Below, in pieces: positions 39,331-51,215 of a DNA stretch of 64,000 bases. The translations under genes and the position numbers were made by a program. Source of the stretch: Podarcis tiliguerta (lineage: Eukaryota); NCBI GenBank assembly GCA_965153285.1, contig OZ229114.1; one strand, given 5' to 3'. Each line of letters opens with the position of its first letter. Position 1 is the stretch's first letter. Below the pieces are notes generated by a model. The model searched no databases and was not told the DNA's origin. It saw nothing but the letters and a program-made list of their open reading frames with translations.

Positions 39331-42300
39331 TATCTCTTAACTCTGAGTCCACACACAGAAGGGTGAAACCCTCCCAGCTCTCACCTGGAAGTTTCCCCCT
39401 CTTCCCCCAGCCTCCCACCTTGGGGGAAAAGTGCTCAGCTTTGGAAGAATTGAGCCCATTAATTTGTGCTAAATGTGTTCCACAGTGCTGAACAGATTGA
39501 TGGGATTCACTCCTATGCACATTTACTCGGATAAAGTAGATTATATTAAACGTGTGAAGCCTTACACTGCAAGATAGAAATCTGAATGTTGGAAAGGAGT
39601 GTACTAAGTTGGCAAAGGTATGTGTTTTAGTCCATCACATCATCTCAGAGCAATGAGATGCATCAGAATCACTTAGTCCAAACCCCATTTTGTTAATGGG
39701 TTTAACTCATCCCTAACAGATGCTCTTCCGGTCTGCTAATCAATCTTCAGCAAACCAAGTGAAATGTTGCCACACTACCTGGAAGGGAAATTGTAAGCAT
39801 TGAACATGTAGTTTCATTCATTGCAGAGCTGTTGTTGCATTGGAAATTTGAGTGCTAAAGATATAAACCAAGATTGAAATACTGATTCGGTCTTTCTTAC
39901 TGGCACAGTAGAAGAGAGACAACATTTATTAGAGAAACACAGGCTCTCATTTGATAAGTTTCTAGCTGCTGAGGAAAACACCCTCTGCACCATCACTTTC
40001 AATAAAACCTTCTATATTTTGAGGCTGAGATGAGGCTGAGCATCTGCCTGTTTCATCCTGGCCCTTTTCAACAGCAATCAATACGTAAGTCATAAAATGG
40101 ATTTAGCAAGCAATAAGTGGAAGGTTTTTTTCCTAACATAATGTCCAAATATTAAAGACAATCCATCAATCTTTTTTATTTCTATTCTGCCTTTCCAAAG
40201 TTAAAACCATGCTCATGGCGGCTTGCAACACATTTAAAAAATTGCCTAACTACAAACGTAACTAAAGTAGTCATAAACAAAATATCAAAACAACCAGACT
40301 GAACAATTTCCACATACATCATAAGATTCAAAATAAAAGTGCAAAAAATTAGCAGCAGTAACCCCACCCGCAACAAATAGCCCTACATAATAGCTTAGCA
40401 GTCTCAGCTTTTGTAGCTGGAGTCAGTCAGGACCCTGCCCTCCCAGGCCAGGTGGGAAAAGACCTGCAAGGCAGGGAGCAAGTCTTCCAGGACTCACAGC
40501 CAAGATTTTAGCCCTTATACTCAAATTATATATCTATCTTAAGAGAACACCATCAATTTATGTTTAGCTGCAGAAATGCTTTCTAATATTTTTGCAGTGA
40601 TAAAATTCATGCAATAGGAGAAGGTGGTCAGGTGATTGCTGAATGTTTCTTCCGAAAAGATGCTTTCTGGAAATCATTATAATTAAGACATCCTGGTTGC
40701 CACAAAGTGATGGTTTTGAGCAAAGAAGCAAATATTTGCAATTAGTAACTGCCATCTGAAAGCTGCAGCTGCTCTGGTATTTTTGTGTGCAATGATATAG
40801 CTGTTTAGAATATATTGAAACTCAATTTGTCCTCCTTACACAATCAAGGTAAGGCATATCCTCAACCAGCACAGAATGTGACTGTTGAAGATAAATTTTG
40901 AAGAGGGGTGGGGAAGCAGATAAGAACTTTTCAGGGTCACAATCATCTTAAGGACTAATAATCTTTAAAATAGCAAATATTTCTCTGGATATATGTTTCT
41001 AAGGTAGGTAACCTGTGTATTGGTGGCCTGGGGAGAATCTCTTCCAGGACCCTCCAGCAATATGATCTTGGGCTGGGGGAGAACAAGTACTTTAGTGCAC
41101 TGTGAATCCCTTTCACCATCAGTCACCTCAAAGGTAAAAGGAGGAGTGGCACTGAGTAGTCTTTTCTTCCCTTCCAGAACTTCTGGAACCAATCAGCAGC
41201 ACTGGCATGGAATAATGGAATATGCACCAACATTCCAATTGCTTCAATTTTCAGGTGCTCTTTTCAGCTCTGCTTAGCTAACACACAGAGACAGGTTGGT
41301 CAGTTTTGAGGAGAAGCTCGATGATTGGGTCTAGAGAGTGGAGAAGTTAAGAAATAACTGTGGAGACATGGTGAAGGAAGGCATGATGCAAAGGATTGTG
41401 AATGAGGAACCTAAGGAAAGGGTAGGTGGGGGAGAGACATTTGCTGTGCCTACTGCCACAGAAGCACTGTGGCTTGGGCAAGGCCAGCCCATCACTTGTA
41501 CTAACGCTCAGTAATAGTGTTTTGCACTACAGGTCATTTTGTCCAATCAGCTCCTTTGGGTCTTGTAACCTGTTCTGCTGACATTAACTTGGAAGGCAGT
41601 TCTTTTGAGATTAATGGGACAAGAATCCTGCAGTCAGGGAACTGGCTCAGAGGGCAACTAATATTATGCATTTGAAAGCCCGCCAGCAGTAGTGTAATTT
41701 GAGGAAGGGAGATGGCAGATAGGATTAACTCTCTCCTGTCACTTTTTTGCCCTTTTGGAAGTGATTTTTCCAGTTTAAAAAATGGTTACCTGGGCAATGT
41801 TACATATATCTGCTTATATACTTTCCTGGTAAGTAAGAAGTACTTGACTATCTTGGTATTCTATGAAGCTCTATTGGGTTTGGCTCTAGAAATTTCTCCT
41901 CAGTTTATCTGCACACCTGTAAAGCCCTCTGATCTCTTGATTAGATGCTTTTTAAAGCAGCTCAGCAATTAATCAAAGTGGAGTTTGCAGGCTACAGGTA
42001 CGTGCTCCACTCTTGCTTATGTTGGGGAGCCTTCGCAAGTTTGTTCACAGCTGCACCAAGTAAACACCTCTCTCCCCACTTCTTACTTCCACGGAGACGA
42101 CGGGGTTTTCTCATTTTTCCTGCTAGGAGATGTGGGCTTGTACCATTGCACAGCAAACACAAATTCAGCAGTGGTGGCTTTTCTGAGCATGGAGATGAAA
42201 TGACACAGAATTTATTCCATGAAAAATGGGGAAACCATAGGAAAACCTTTAGTGCAATACTATGGATATGGACTCAGACGTGACGCCTGTTGAGTTCAAT

Positions 42301-43777
42301 GGGACTTGCTACCAGGTAATAGTGCATAGGCTTGTGTCCTTAAAATACTTTCCTCATGTGTTGTCTTGGCTGATTATCTATCCAGGGAGAGAAAATTATG
42401 CCTATGACCTCAGAGTCATGACCTCAAGTGTCATTTCCCCCTGAACACTCTCTATATCTCTGAAAGTCTTTACAGTGTTGTTAATTAATCATAACTGAGT
42501 AATTTGATAAAGAGATTGGTGATTGATTTCCAGACCTGCTACTGCTGTTCATGTAGCCTCCTTTCTGCTTTGATTCCCTGAAATGTTGTCTTTGGCTTTG
42601 CCTGTTTCTTCCTCAGAATCCTACTCAAGCATCATGTCTTTGTGTGTGGGCATTTGCCTTCTCCCATTTGGCTTCTTTTTCTAGTGTCAATTTCCATAAT
42701 ATAGTTTCCAGTCATTTTCCTCTACCAGACTCACGCTGCAGACTTAATATCTGTTGGCCAGTTAGGTATCCCAAAATGCCTCAGCCTATTGTCCTCTTTT
42801 GAACATTCTATGGAAGTGGTATGAGCATTACTTCACATTGACCAAAGTTAGGTCATTTCCAAAGTTTCCTGTTTCATACCATTGGGGACCAGGGACAAGT
42901 GTGATTAAAATGCCACATGAGAAGTTTTAATATTAGTACTAAAGCAATCTGCAATGTGCAAATATAAACAGTCTCTTGACTCCTTTATGTGCTTCATTAG
43001 CAAACGTTTTCAAGCCCTTCAGAGGAAAACAATCTGCTTTTTTTCTCTATTCTGAGGATGGCTGTTTGAGTAGGAATTACTGTAATTAACTCTGGGTTTT
43101 AAAAATATCAGCATATGACTGCTGCGCTCTTTCTATCAAAATGTGGAAAAGCGAAGCTGGTTTGGTAATCTCCATTTGTAGAGCAAATATAAATACTAAA
43201 ACTGATGAAGCCTTTAAAGATAACAAAAAAAAAAAAAAAAGCAACACAAGCTTTGTGGTAAAGTTATGACAATGCAATGCTATGTACATCCACTCAGAAG
43301 CAAATCCCATTGATTTCAATGGTCCTGATTTCCAGATAGTATGTATAGAATTGCAGGCTTGATTAGCTTAAACTTGTCATTTAAGAGCCATGTAATGTTC
43401 TTTACACATCTGTAAGGCATTGGTCTTTTCTCATGGCAGCACCTACACCCAAGAACTCATTGCTTTTTGACTGGCACCTTTGCTGTACTGTTTTCAACAC
43501 CTTCTAAAAATGTTTTTGTTTCGGCAAGACTAACCAGATAAGTAAGATTGATGTGTATTCTAATATGCATTTTTTTTGAAGAAATATATAATGTATATTT
43601 TTAACTGCTGGTTTTTTTATGTCTTGTTAGGTTAACTCCTTTTTTTAACTTGCTTTTTATCAGTGGGGCAGCATGTGACTGAGTCACTCATAAGATCTAC
43701 CTCTTACACATGAGTATTCAGGACCATGCGTGAATTAAATGTACATATGTGTTCCTAGAGCCATTTGTATCAGCGTA

Positions 43778-44011
43778 CAGTGGAACCTCTGGTTATGAAC
43801 TTAATTCGTTCTGGAGGTCCACTCTTAACCCGGAACTGTTCTTAACCTGAGGCGCGCTTTTGCTAATGAGGCCTCCTGCTGCCGCCATGCCGCTGGCGTG
43901 TGACTTCTGCCAGCATCCCGGAGAAAAGTTTGCTACCAGGAACATCTACTTCTGGAGCTTGTTACCCAAAGTGTTCATAAGGAGGATGGTACATAACCCG
44001 AGGTTCCACTG
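43778..44011. mobile_element. Tc1/mariner-type MITE (CAGTGGTACCTC family)
   Basis: TIRs cagtggaacctc / gaggttccactg; TA TSD. Confidence 0.92.
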
Positions 44012-44019
44012 TATAAGTT

Positions 44020-44300
44020 TGCAGCCTCAGGCTACAATCCTATAACTGCTTTCTTAAGAATATGCCCCACCGAACTCAGTGGAACTTACTTCCAAGTAGC
44101 CATGCATAGGAATGTGCTGCATGCCTGCAAAACTATGCACACTTAGCAGGGAGTAAAACCCAATGAATGTAGTGGAACCTACCTGCAAATAAGCATGCAT
44201 TGTTAGGCTACAGTCTGAAAAATGTACACCTGGGATTGAGTCCCTTGTTGACCCTAAGCAGAACTTAAATTCTGAGTGAATCATACCATAGAGATAAAGC
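44020..44300. repeat. Cluster of about three degenerate ~90-bp hairpin elements (caatcctat..ataggattg family)
   Basis: Head-to-tail decayed copies of a motif also seen singly near 14.15, 26.5, 32.08, 42.29 and 43.3 kb. Confidence 0.55.
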
Positions 44301-44929
44301 TCTGTTGGAAGCTAAAATGCTGTAAACCAGCAAGATGAAATATGAATGACAAGCTAGATATTTTGGCAGGCACAATCTACAAATGCTTGCTACGACTACA
44401 GGTGCTTCCCAGTTTGCAGGCCATATGGGTTCCTTGGTAAAGCAGCCAAATCCCAGATAATAGAGCGAGCTATCATTTCTGCTGCAGTTGATTCTCTGGC
44501 AAGCTCAGCATCCAATGTTGTACACTGTGGTCTCATTGCCAGAGAGCAACAATCATTCCCACCGAACAAGGGTGGAATGCAAAACACAAAGAGTCTCTCC
44601 AAGTTCAGAGATACAATATGCTGTGCCAAACAATTATTTTGTTAACAGAACTGGGCGTTGCCATCCAGAGCAATATCCAAAGCAACCTTGCCAATCTGGT
44701 TCCCTTCAGATGTTTTGGACTACAACTCCCATCAGACCCAGCCAGCATTACTGGGAAGGGCTCTAAGGGCATAAGAGACTGCTGGATCAAGCCATTGGCT
44801 CACCTAGTCCAGCATCTGGTTCTCACAGTGGCCAACCAGATGCATGTCAGAAACCAGCAAGCAGGACCTGAGCGCAAGAGCACTCTCCCCTTCCACCGTT
44901 TCCAGCAACTGGTACTTGGAAGCATTACA

Positions 44930-45423
44930 GCAGGTTCCCAGCTTGATAACACAGTAATCGTAGCTAATTAAAAAGGAGGATTTATTGCAAAAACAAACAG
45001 ATAGCTCCGGACGGCTCTAACAAAGCCTCCGGCATCATTACTCAAGATGACCCTTCTGAAGACTCCTTCCGGTGTTTCCAGCAGATATTGAACTTATGAC
45101 CCTTATAACTCTTTTTTGCTTCCTGTCTAACAAACCCTTCAATTTGCCGACTCCTCAGACTCATTGGATCAGCTCCAACTTCTTCCGGTTCTGAGAGGCT
45201 GTCTCTGAGTTTATTGATGCCTGATTGTGCTTCTGGCAAGCTTTGGCTGTGTTTTAGCCTGCTTTTAGCTACTGCCTTATCAGTCTCTCCGTCAAGGTCA
45301 GGAAGAGCTGAAGTCAGCAGCTGCCGGCTCTCCCCTGTCTGACTAACATCAAAGCCTCTCTGTTCCTGGCTGCTTACTGCAGTTGACTGTAAACCTTCGC
45401 TGGAAGCTGTCTCATTCCTGACA
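44930..45423 (-). mobile_element. Solo LTR interrupting a CR1 3'-UTR fragment
   Basis: Minus strand starts TGTCAGGAATGAG with aataaa near the far end; host CR1 tail breaks at agcattac and resumes at atagccatcatgg. Confidence 0.6.
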
Positions 45424-45797
45424 ATAGCCATCATGGATAGTAGCCATTATCTTCTATGAAGAGCTATTACCAGTCAGCATGGACAACGTTGAACAAGATT
45501 TGTTTCTAAGATTTCCTACCTACCCTTCATAATAAGGTCCCAGGGTGGGTTGCAACAATATAATCTTACAATTAAACACAGATACAACAGTTTATAGAAT
45601 TATCAAAACAATTCCCAACAACAGCAGCATAATGAAGTTTAAACTAAATGGAAGCTGTGCAGCCCACAGAAATACACTGTTGAAGATCAGGGTAAAGATG
45701 GACTGTTGATCAGACTCATCATACGGCAGATTCCTATCTTTTAAAAAAACCACTTCCAGTATTTATTTGCTATGCCTCTCTTTCTGGAACTCTCTAG

Positions 45798-46019
45798 CAG
45801 TGGTTCCCAACCTTTTTCTGACCATGCCCACCTAAGCATATCTAAAATCCTAGTGCCTTCCCCCTGTGACATATAATTCTTATTATTCAAAAAGTGAACT
45901 CCTGTTCATGTGGAGGAAGCCTTAAAGGCCATTAACTGTTAATAACTCATTCTCAAATTGCCCCCTTAAAAATCAAATTGCCCCCCTGTAGGGTGTGTGC
46001 CCTACATTGGGAACCACGG
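45798..46019. mobile_element. hAT MITE
   Basis: TIRs cagtggttcccaa / ttgggaaccacgg; TSD ctctctag / ctctatag. Confidence 0.88.
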
Positions 46020-46833
46020 CTCTATAGTCTGTTGCTAAACTTTTAATATTTGCCATAACTGCCAGTTCCATTCTAGAGATATTTGCATGGCCCATCATGA
46101 AACTGCTCTATCTTCACACTGGGCATCCTGCCATATTAAGCTTTGCTATTACTACTGCTTCCATGCTGGCCAAAGCTGGTGAAAGCTATTTAAGGCACCA
46201 CCACCACCTCCATCTAGACAACCAAGTAATGTTGGGGTTTCTATGCCACTTTTCATTCAAATGAATCCCAAAGCAACTTACAAACAATAAATAATGTGGT
46301 AGAACATAACAGAATACCACAAATACAGCATACATCATTTAGAATAACGAGCAAATCATCAGTGAAAACAATTGTAATTTATAAAACACTGTTAACAAAG
46401 CAACAGCTAAAATATAAGCTATACATCACAATTAAAGCAAAAGTTGTATTATATAATTAATAAATCAACACAGCATTTATAACCTATAAAGCAATATTAG
46501 TAACATTAACAAAATAGCTGCTAAATTCATACACACACTCTCCACAGCCCCATGACTCATAATCTTTCACTCTGTTCACCTCATTAAAATACACGTACGC
46601 ATAATGCCCAAGGTAGAAACTCCCTTCTGAAGGTTCCTCAGGTTGCCGGTTGAAACCAACCACCCCCCTTCTTATATTTTCACATTCTATGTGCTGCAGG
46701 TTTTCAGTTGCATTTGAACAGCTTTAAAAGCTTCACGTGCTCTGACTGGCAACTCATTTTGCCTTGAAATTTTACTATATGTTGAGGAGAGGCTGCACAT
46801 GTTCACTTGAAAACCACATGAGCCAAGTGGCAT

Positions 46834-46840
<7 letters not shown>

Positions 46841-46878
<38 letters not shown>

Positions 46879-46995
46879 TTATTTATATCCCACCCATCTT
46901 GGCTGGGTTTCAACAGCGACTCTGGGCGGCTTCCAGCAAAATATTAAAGTACAATAATTCATCAAATATTAAAAGCTTCCCTAAACAGAGAATAC
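46841..46995 (-). mobile_element. Very short L2 3' end with (AAT)n tail
   Basis: 8-bp TSD tgttaata; 3' UTR like 30629-30975. Confidence 0.8.
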
Positions 46996-48007
46996 TGTTA
47001 ATACTGGACGCTTTTTGTTTTTTTGTTTTTGTTTTTAATACAAAGGTACAAACTTTAGGCAAGATATAATGGGTGTGAATACATAGCTGGGTGAATAGAT
47101 ATGTACATCTGGATGAAAAATTTGAATGGTGTTGCTGTTTCTTTACGGACCAGCTACCCATCTTGTGGGTCTGAAGGATACAAGCTCTATGTGCCCAGCT
47201 AGCAGAGATTGTAGGCTTCCTGTGTTGCTTCTCTTCCTCCTATACGTTTATTCTTTGGTGTCCAAATAAAGTTAGCTTTATATAAATAAATAAAGTCTAT
47301 ACTTAATGGATTTCATTTGGAGTGTTATGTTGTTTATGGCCCATTCACACCTGCAGGTCATCCCTTGATAACCAACCTGTACAGTGGCTTAGACTCCTTT
47401 GGACCAATGAGGCTGGAGTGAGCTATCCCTATTCATAAAGCTGTTGATACTGGTGTATGTGTGGGCGATACTTGTGATATCCTTACCTTCACTTCTCCCC
47501 CTACTCCTTTGCCCAGATCAAATATTACAGCCTACTACCAGGTCAGTGAGGCACCCATAGTCTCATAACTGCTATATATTGATAAACTCCCAGAGTAATT
47601 CATGTACTACCACTCTGGATTTGTAATCACATGGATAACTCACCGTCATATTCCATGCTCTGGAAAAATATTAATTTGATTAAATGCAGTTTTGTTATGG
47701 AATTCAGCTCCAGTTCTGCAGTAATAAATGGAGGAAATGCAAGATTAAAAGGGGGGGGATATGAGAGGGAGAAATTATCCGATGTTTTGTGATTTCTTTA
47801 AACCTTTTAATATATTTGTCATGGAAACTGAAAACAGAAAATACCTGCTTTTCCGATTGCACTTAATGGATTGTTTCTTATGGTACAAAATGTCAGCATA
47901 GTAATTTCACTGCCTTAAGTGCATCTTGGTGACATTTTAAAAGAGTAATATGAATCCACTCTTTGACTAATCTTTGAAATGCAAGTATTTTTTTATTGTT
48001 GTTACAG

Positions 48008-48092
48008 ACCAGCGTATGTTGTAATGGGCATGTATAGTGAGATAGACAGCAGGCCTGTGCATGGTGAAGTAGACATTAATCACAAGTGGTGA
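48008..48092 (+). other. Candidate terminal coding exon (xPAYVVMGMYSEIDSRPVHGEVDINHKW*)
   Basis: Branch-like gactaat at 47965, T-rich tract, acag acceptor, 27 open codons in phase 2, non-repetitive downstream sequence. Peptide not recognised. Confidence 0.25.
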
Positions 48093-48924
48093 ATGGACTT
48101 CTTTCCTGCATAGAAAATCATCATGCATGAAGCAACTCTCATTAGATGTTTTTGCCATTTTGGTCTGTCTTAGTGAGAATTAGAAAATATACATGTTTCG
48201 CCCTGTAGCCACACGAAGTATCACAGCATTGCATTTCCTTGTTAAAAGCTGAGATGCCATTAACAACCCATCTGAATATCATGAGGCTGTAGCTGAATGG
48301 AGCACAGTATTCATCTGATACATCAGGATATGGACTGATCCACTCCTCACCGCAGCATTGTTAATAGTGAAGCAGTGGTCTAGTGCTTCACCAGGAGATG
48401 AGATAGCTGGCAAGTCTGCATTGAGCTGAATGACTTGACTCATTTATGATTCCTCTAGAGAGAAGTGAATTTGTAAACAATGGTAGAGTCATCATCACAG
48501 AAGTGGGTGGGAAGCTTTCCTGATCCACCCAGTCATCCACCCTGAAACCCATGACAACTTGAAATGGTCCAAGATACTCAGTAAAGAAAGGCAGATAGAA
48601 ACATTAAAGAATTCTTGTGGCTTCATAGTTCCACTCGTACTGGCAACAGAAGAAGTATAAGTGGCAAGGGATGCATTGGGGAGATTTATAGTTCTCTCTT
48701 TTTGTACAAGCCTCAGAAGCAAAGATGAGAAACATGAGTCATTCATACTTCCTTTGTCATCGCTGTGGATGAACATCTGAAGCTGTTCTCAGAATAACAA
48801 TCCCCAAACTATAATGAACCTGCAAAACCATCCTTGATTTTTTAATCTTGAAAACAAGCCTAGAAACTGCTTCTGTGCTCCTCCACATATCCTTAAGCTT
48901 CCATACCCTACAATTAGTTATCTC

Positions 48925-49324
48925 CAGTGCTTTTTTTCTGGGGGGGACACAGGGGGGACACATACCCCTAAACATTTTGTGAGTCTTTGTACTTTTGTCC
49001 ATTTACAGTGGTACCTCGGGTTACAGACACTTCAGGTTACAGACTCCGCTAACCCAGAAATAGTACCTTGGGTTAAGAACTTTGCTTCAGATAAGACCAG
49101 AAATTATGTGGCGGCCATGCGGTGGCAGTGGGAGGCCCCATTAGCGAAAGTGGTACCTCAGGTTAAGAACAGTTTCAGGTTAAGAACGGACCTCTGGGAT
49201 GAATTAAGTTCTTAACCAGAGGTACCACTGTATTTATTTTTCCTAATTTGAACTATAAAATGGTGATTTTCTTGAGTCAAAATGAGAGTACCCCTAAACA
49301 ATTTTTTAAAGAAAAAAAGCACTG
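48925..49324. mobile_element. hAT MITE hosting a Tc1 MITE
   Basis: TIRs cagtgcttttttt / aaaaaaagcactg; perfect 8-bp TSD gttatctc. Confidence 0.92.
49006..49230. mobile_element. Tc1/mariner-type MITE (CAGTGGTACCTC family), nested
   Basis: TIRs cagtggtacctc / gaggtaccactg; TA TSD; opposite orientation to 36528-36753. Confidence 0.93.
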
Positions 49325-51029
49325 GTTATCTCTACCTCTAAACCGTCTCTCCACAAATCATTCATTGCAATGCCCATTATTGTTAACAGTGGCATTTTTA
49401 AAAGGACAGGGTGTTAATTTCATCTCTGCTTCTGTATTCAATTAATTTTTGCTTGGTTTTGTTTTCAAGATGAGGAATAGAGATGCTGGGCTATGCTAAT
49501 CCATGTCAACAGCCAATTCGAAGCTGTCAATATCCCAACACATGTTGACAGTTATTCCCCTCGGGGAAACACTTTGCTTTTTTATATACTGGAGCAGGAG
49601 ATGGCAAACCATAATGAAATGTTTGCTGCTGTCAACAGCAGGCCTTGCATATCATCTGCAGATTGTTTCCACCCTCTGCCATACAGCAAATGCTTTCCTT
49701 TTTGTCAAATCAAACAGCAAATTATAAGTGGCAACCAGATAGAGAGGGTCAGCTGATATTTGCTGAATGAAATTTGGTTTAGGTGCAGGGGAGCAAATTA
49801 ATACAGTCAGAGATTAGCTGTAAGCAGTAGCATGCCTTCAAGGGAAATTGGGGTCAGGAACTTGGCATTTGCAGCCTCCCTGATTGAAATTTTTAATTCC
49901 GGGAGCTCAGTCGTCTAAAACCCATGTACCAATGTGCCAGTATTCAAGTAACCTTTATTTATCTATTGAATACCATAAAGTTGCTGGAGTAGTCTTTTGA
50001 TTTATTATCTTCTTGAGCAGATGCTTTATCACTTTTCCTCCACCACATTCATATGGCGTGATGCGTTGTGCTTTATTCCAGTCAGTATAAACAAAGAGAA
50101 GAAAATAGCACCACCATTGGAGAGAGCTATTGTACCTAAGCACTTCTCTCACTTAATAATACATTGATGGTCTCTTTGGAACTAGTATTCCCAGGGGATC
50201 AGCTTTCATCAGGACAGTTTGGGTCAACAGCAATTTCCCAATCACAAAAGTTAATTGATCAGAGACTAATGGCTGATCTGGAGCTTAACAGCACATAAAT
50301 TCCTCTTCATATGGGAGTAATTTGCAGTGTGTTGGGGAGCAGGAATTAAAATCCTAAAAATGCACTAGTCCTTTTATTAAAACCCAAAACTTCATTAAAT
50401 CTTTCTATTTGGTCTCTTATTTCTCGAATTCCCTGCCTCCTGAGATGGCAACATTTCTGTTGGTTTCATGCTTTAAACAGTATTTGGAAATATAGTTGTT
50501 TTCCTTGAGTTTTACTTCTTAGTTAATTCTCCTCTATTTCTCTTGCTGTATCCCTCTTGCCTTTGTTAGTAAGGCCGCAGATAGGGATTGTCTATAATTT
50601 GATTTATTCTACCACGCTTGTTTTCGAAACGCTTTTGGAATAATAGTTCTTCTTAAAGCTTTGCTCTTTCTCTAGATCCTGGCCTCGTCTGTCTGCACCT
50701 GTCAGTTGACTTCCCTGCAGTTACCCTGAGATGATGACATGGGGCAATGGAAGGGTCAGATAAAGAGTTATGGCAAGTGGAAAGAGAATGCAGCACTTCT
50801 TTTGAGACTGGGCCAAATCAAAGAGCATGTTTGAGGAGAAGGACCAAAATAAGAGGAAGAGAAAATTACTGTATCTAAAAAAAACCCCCCACTTTAATAA
50901 GGGACCACCCAGTAAGATGTGCCACAAATAACATGTACAAAATAGAGTGGTCTTTTTGTAACAAAACCAAACACTGAATCAGGAGTTGCCCTTAAAAATA
51001 TATATATTTAGCTAACTGTCGACTCTTGA

Positions 51030-51215
51030 TTTCATCGCTAACGGATAACCGTCTAAATGAAGAGGGTGCCTAGGGCAACAGCCTTGAGCACAAAATCTTG
51101 ACTAATGGACCTGCAAGCCCGTTCATGGTCTCCAGCGGCACCCTGCTCTACCCATTATTTCATAGCTATCTGGGGTCATCTGAAAACAGAGCAATCTGCA
51201 ATGTTGCTAGGCAAC
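51030..51215. promoter_or_regulatory. RFX X-box cluster (candidate enhancer or alternative promoter)
   Basis: GTTGCTAGGCAAC (51203-51215), GGTGCCTAGGGCAAC (51065-51079), GTCTCCAGCGGCACC (~51128) and a GGATAAC half-site (~51043); CpGs locally retained. Confidence 0.55.

Noticed and set aside
40075-40084. 10-nt plus-strand microexon patterns (here and 17857-17866)
   Set aside because: They would shift the frame, and AG..GTAAGT spacings like this are expected by chance in 64 kb of AT-rich DNA.
42127-42203. Ig-like D-x-G-x-Y-x-C motif (GDVGLYHCTAN) after a ctag acceptor
   Set aside because: A stop follows within ~25 codons, with no rest of an Ig domain and no convincing donor; likely chance.
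44020-44300. CRISPR-like or satellite array
   Set aside because: Eukaryotic DNA; the units are highly diverged MITE copies with no repeat-spacer regularity.
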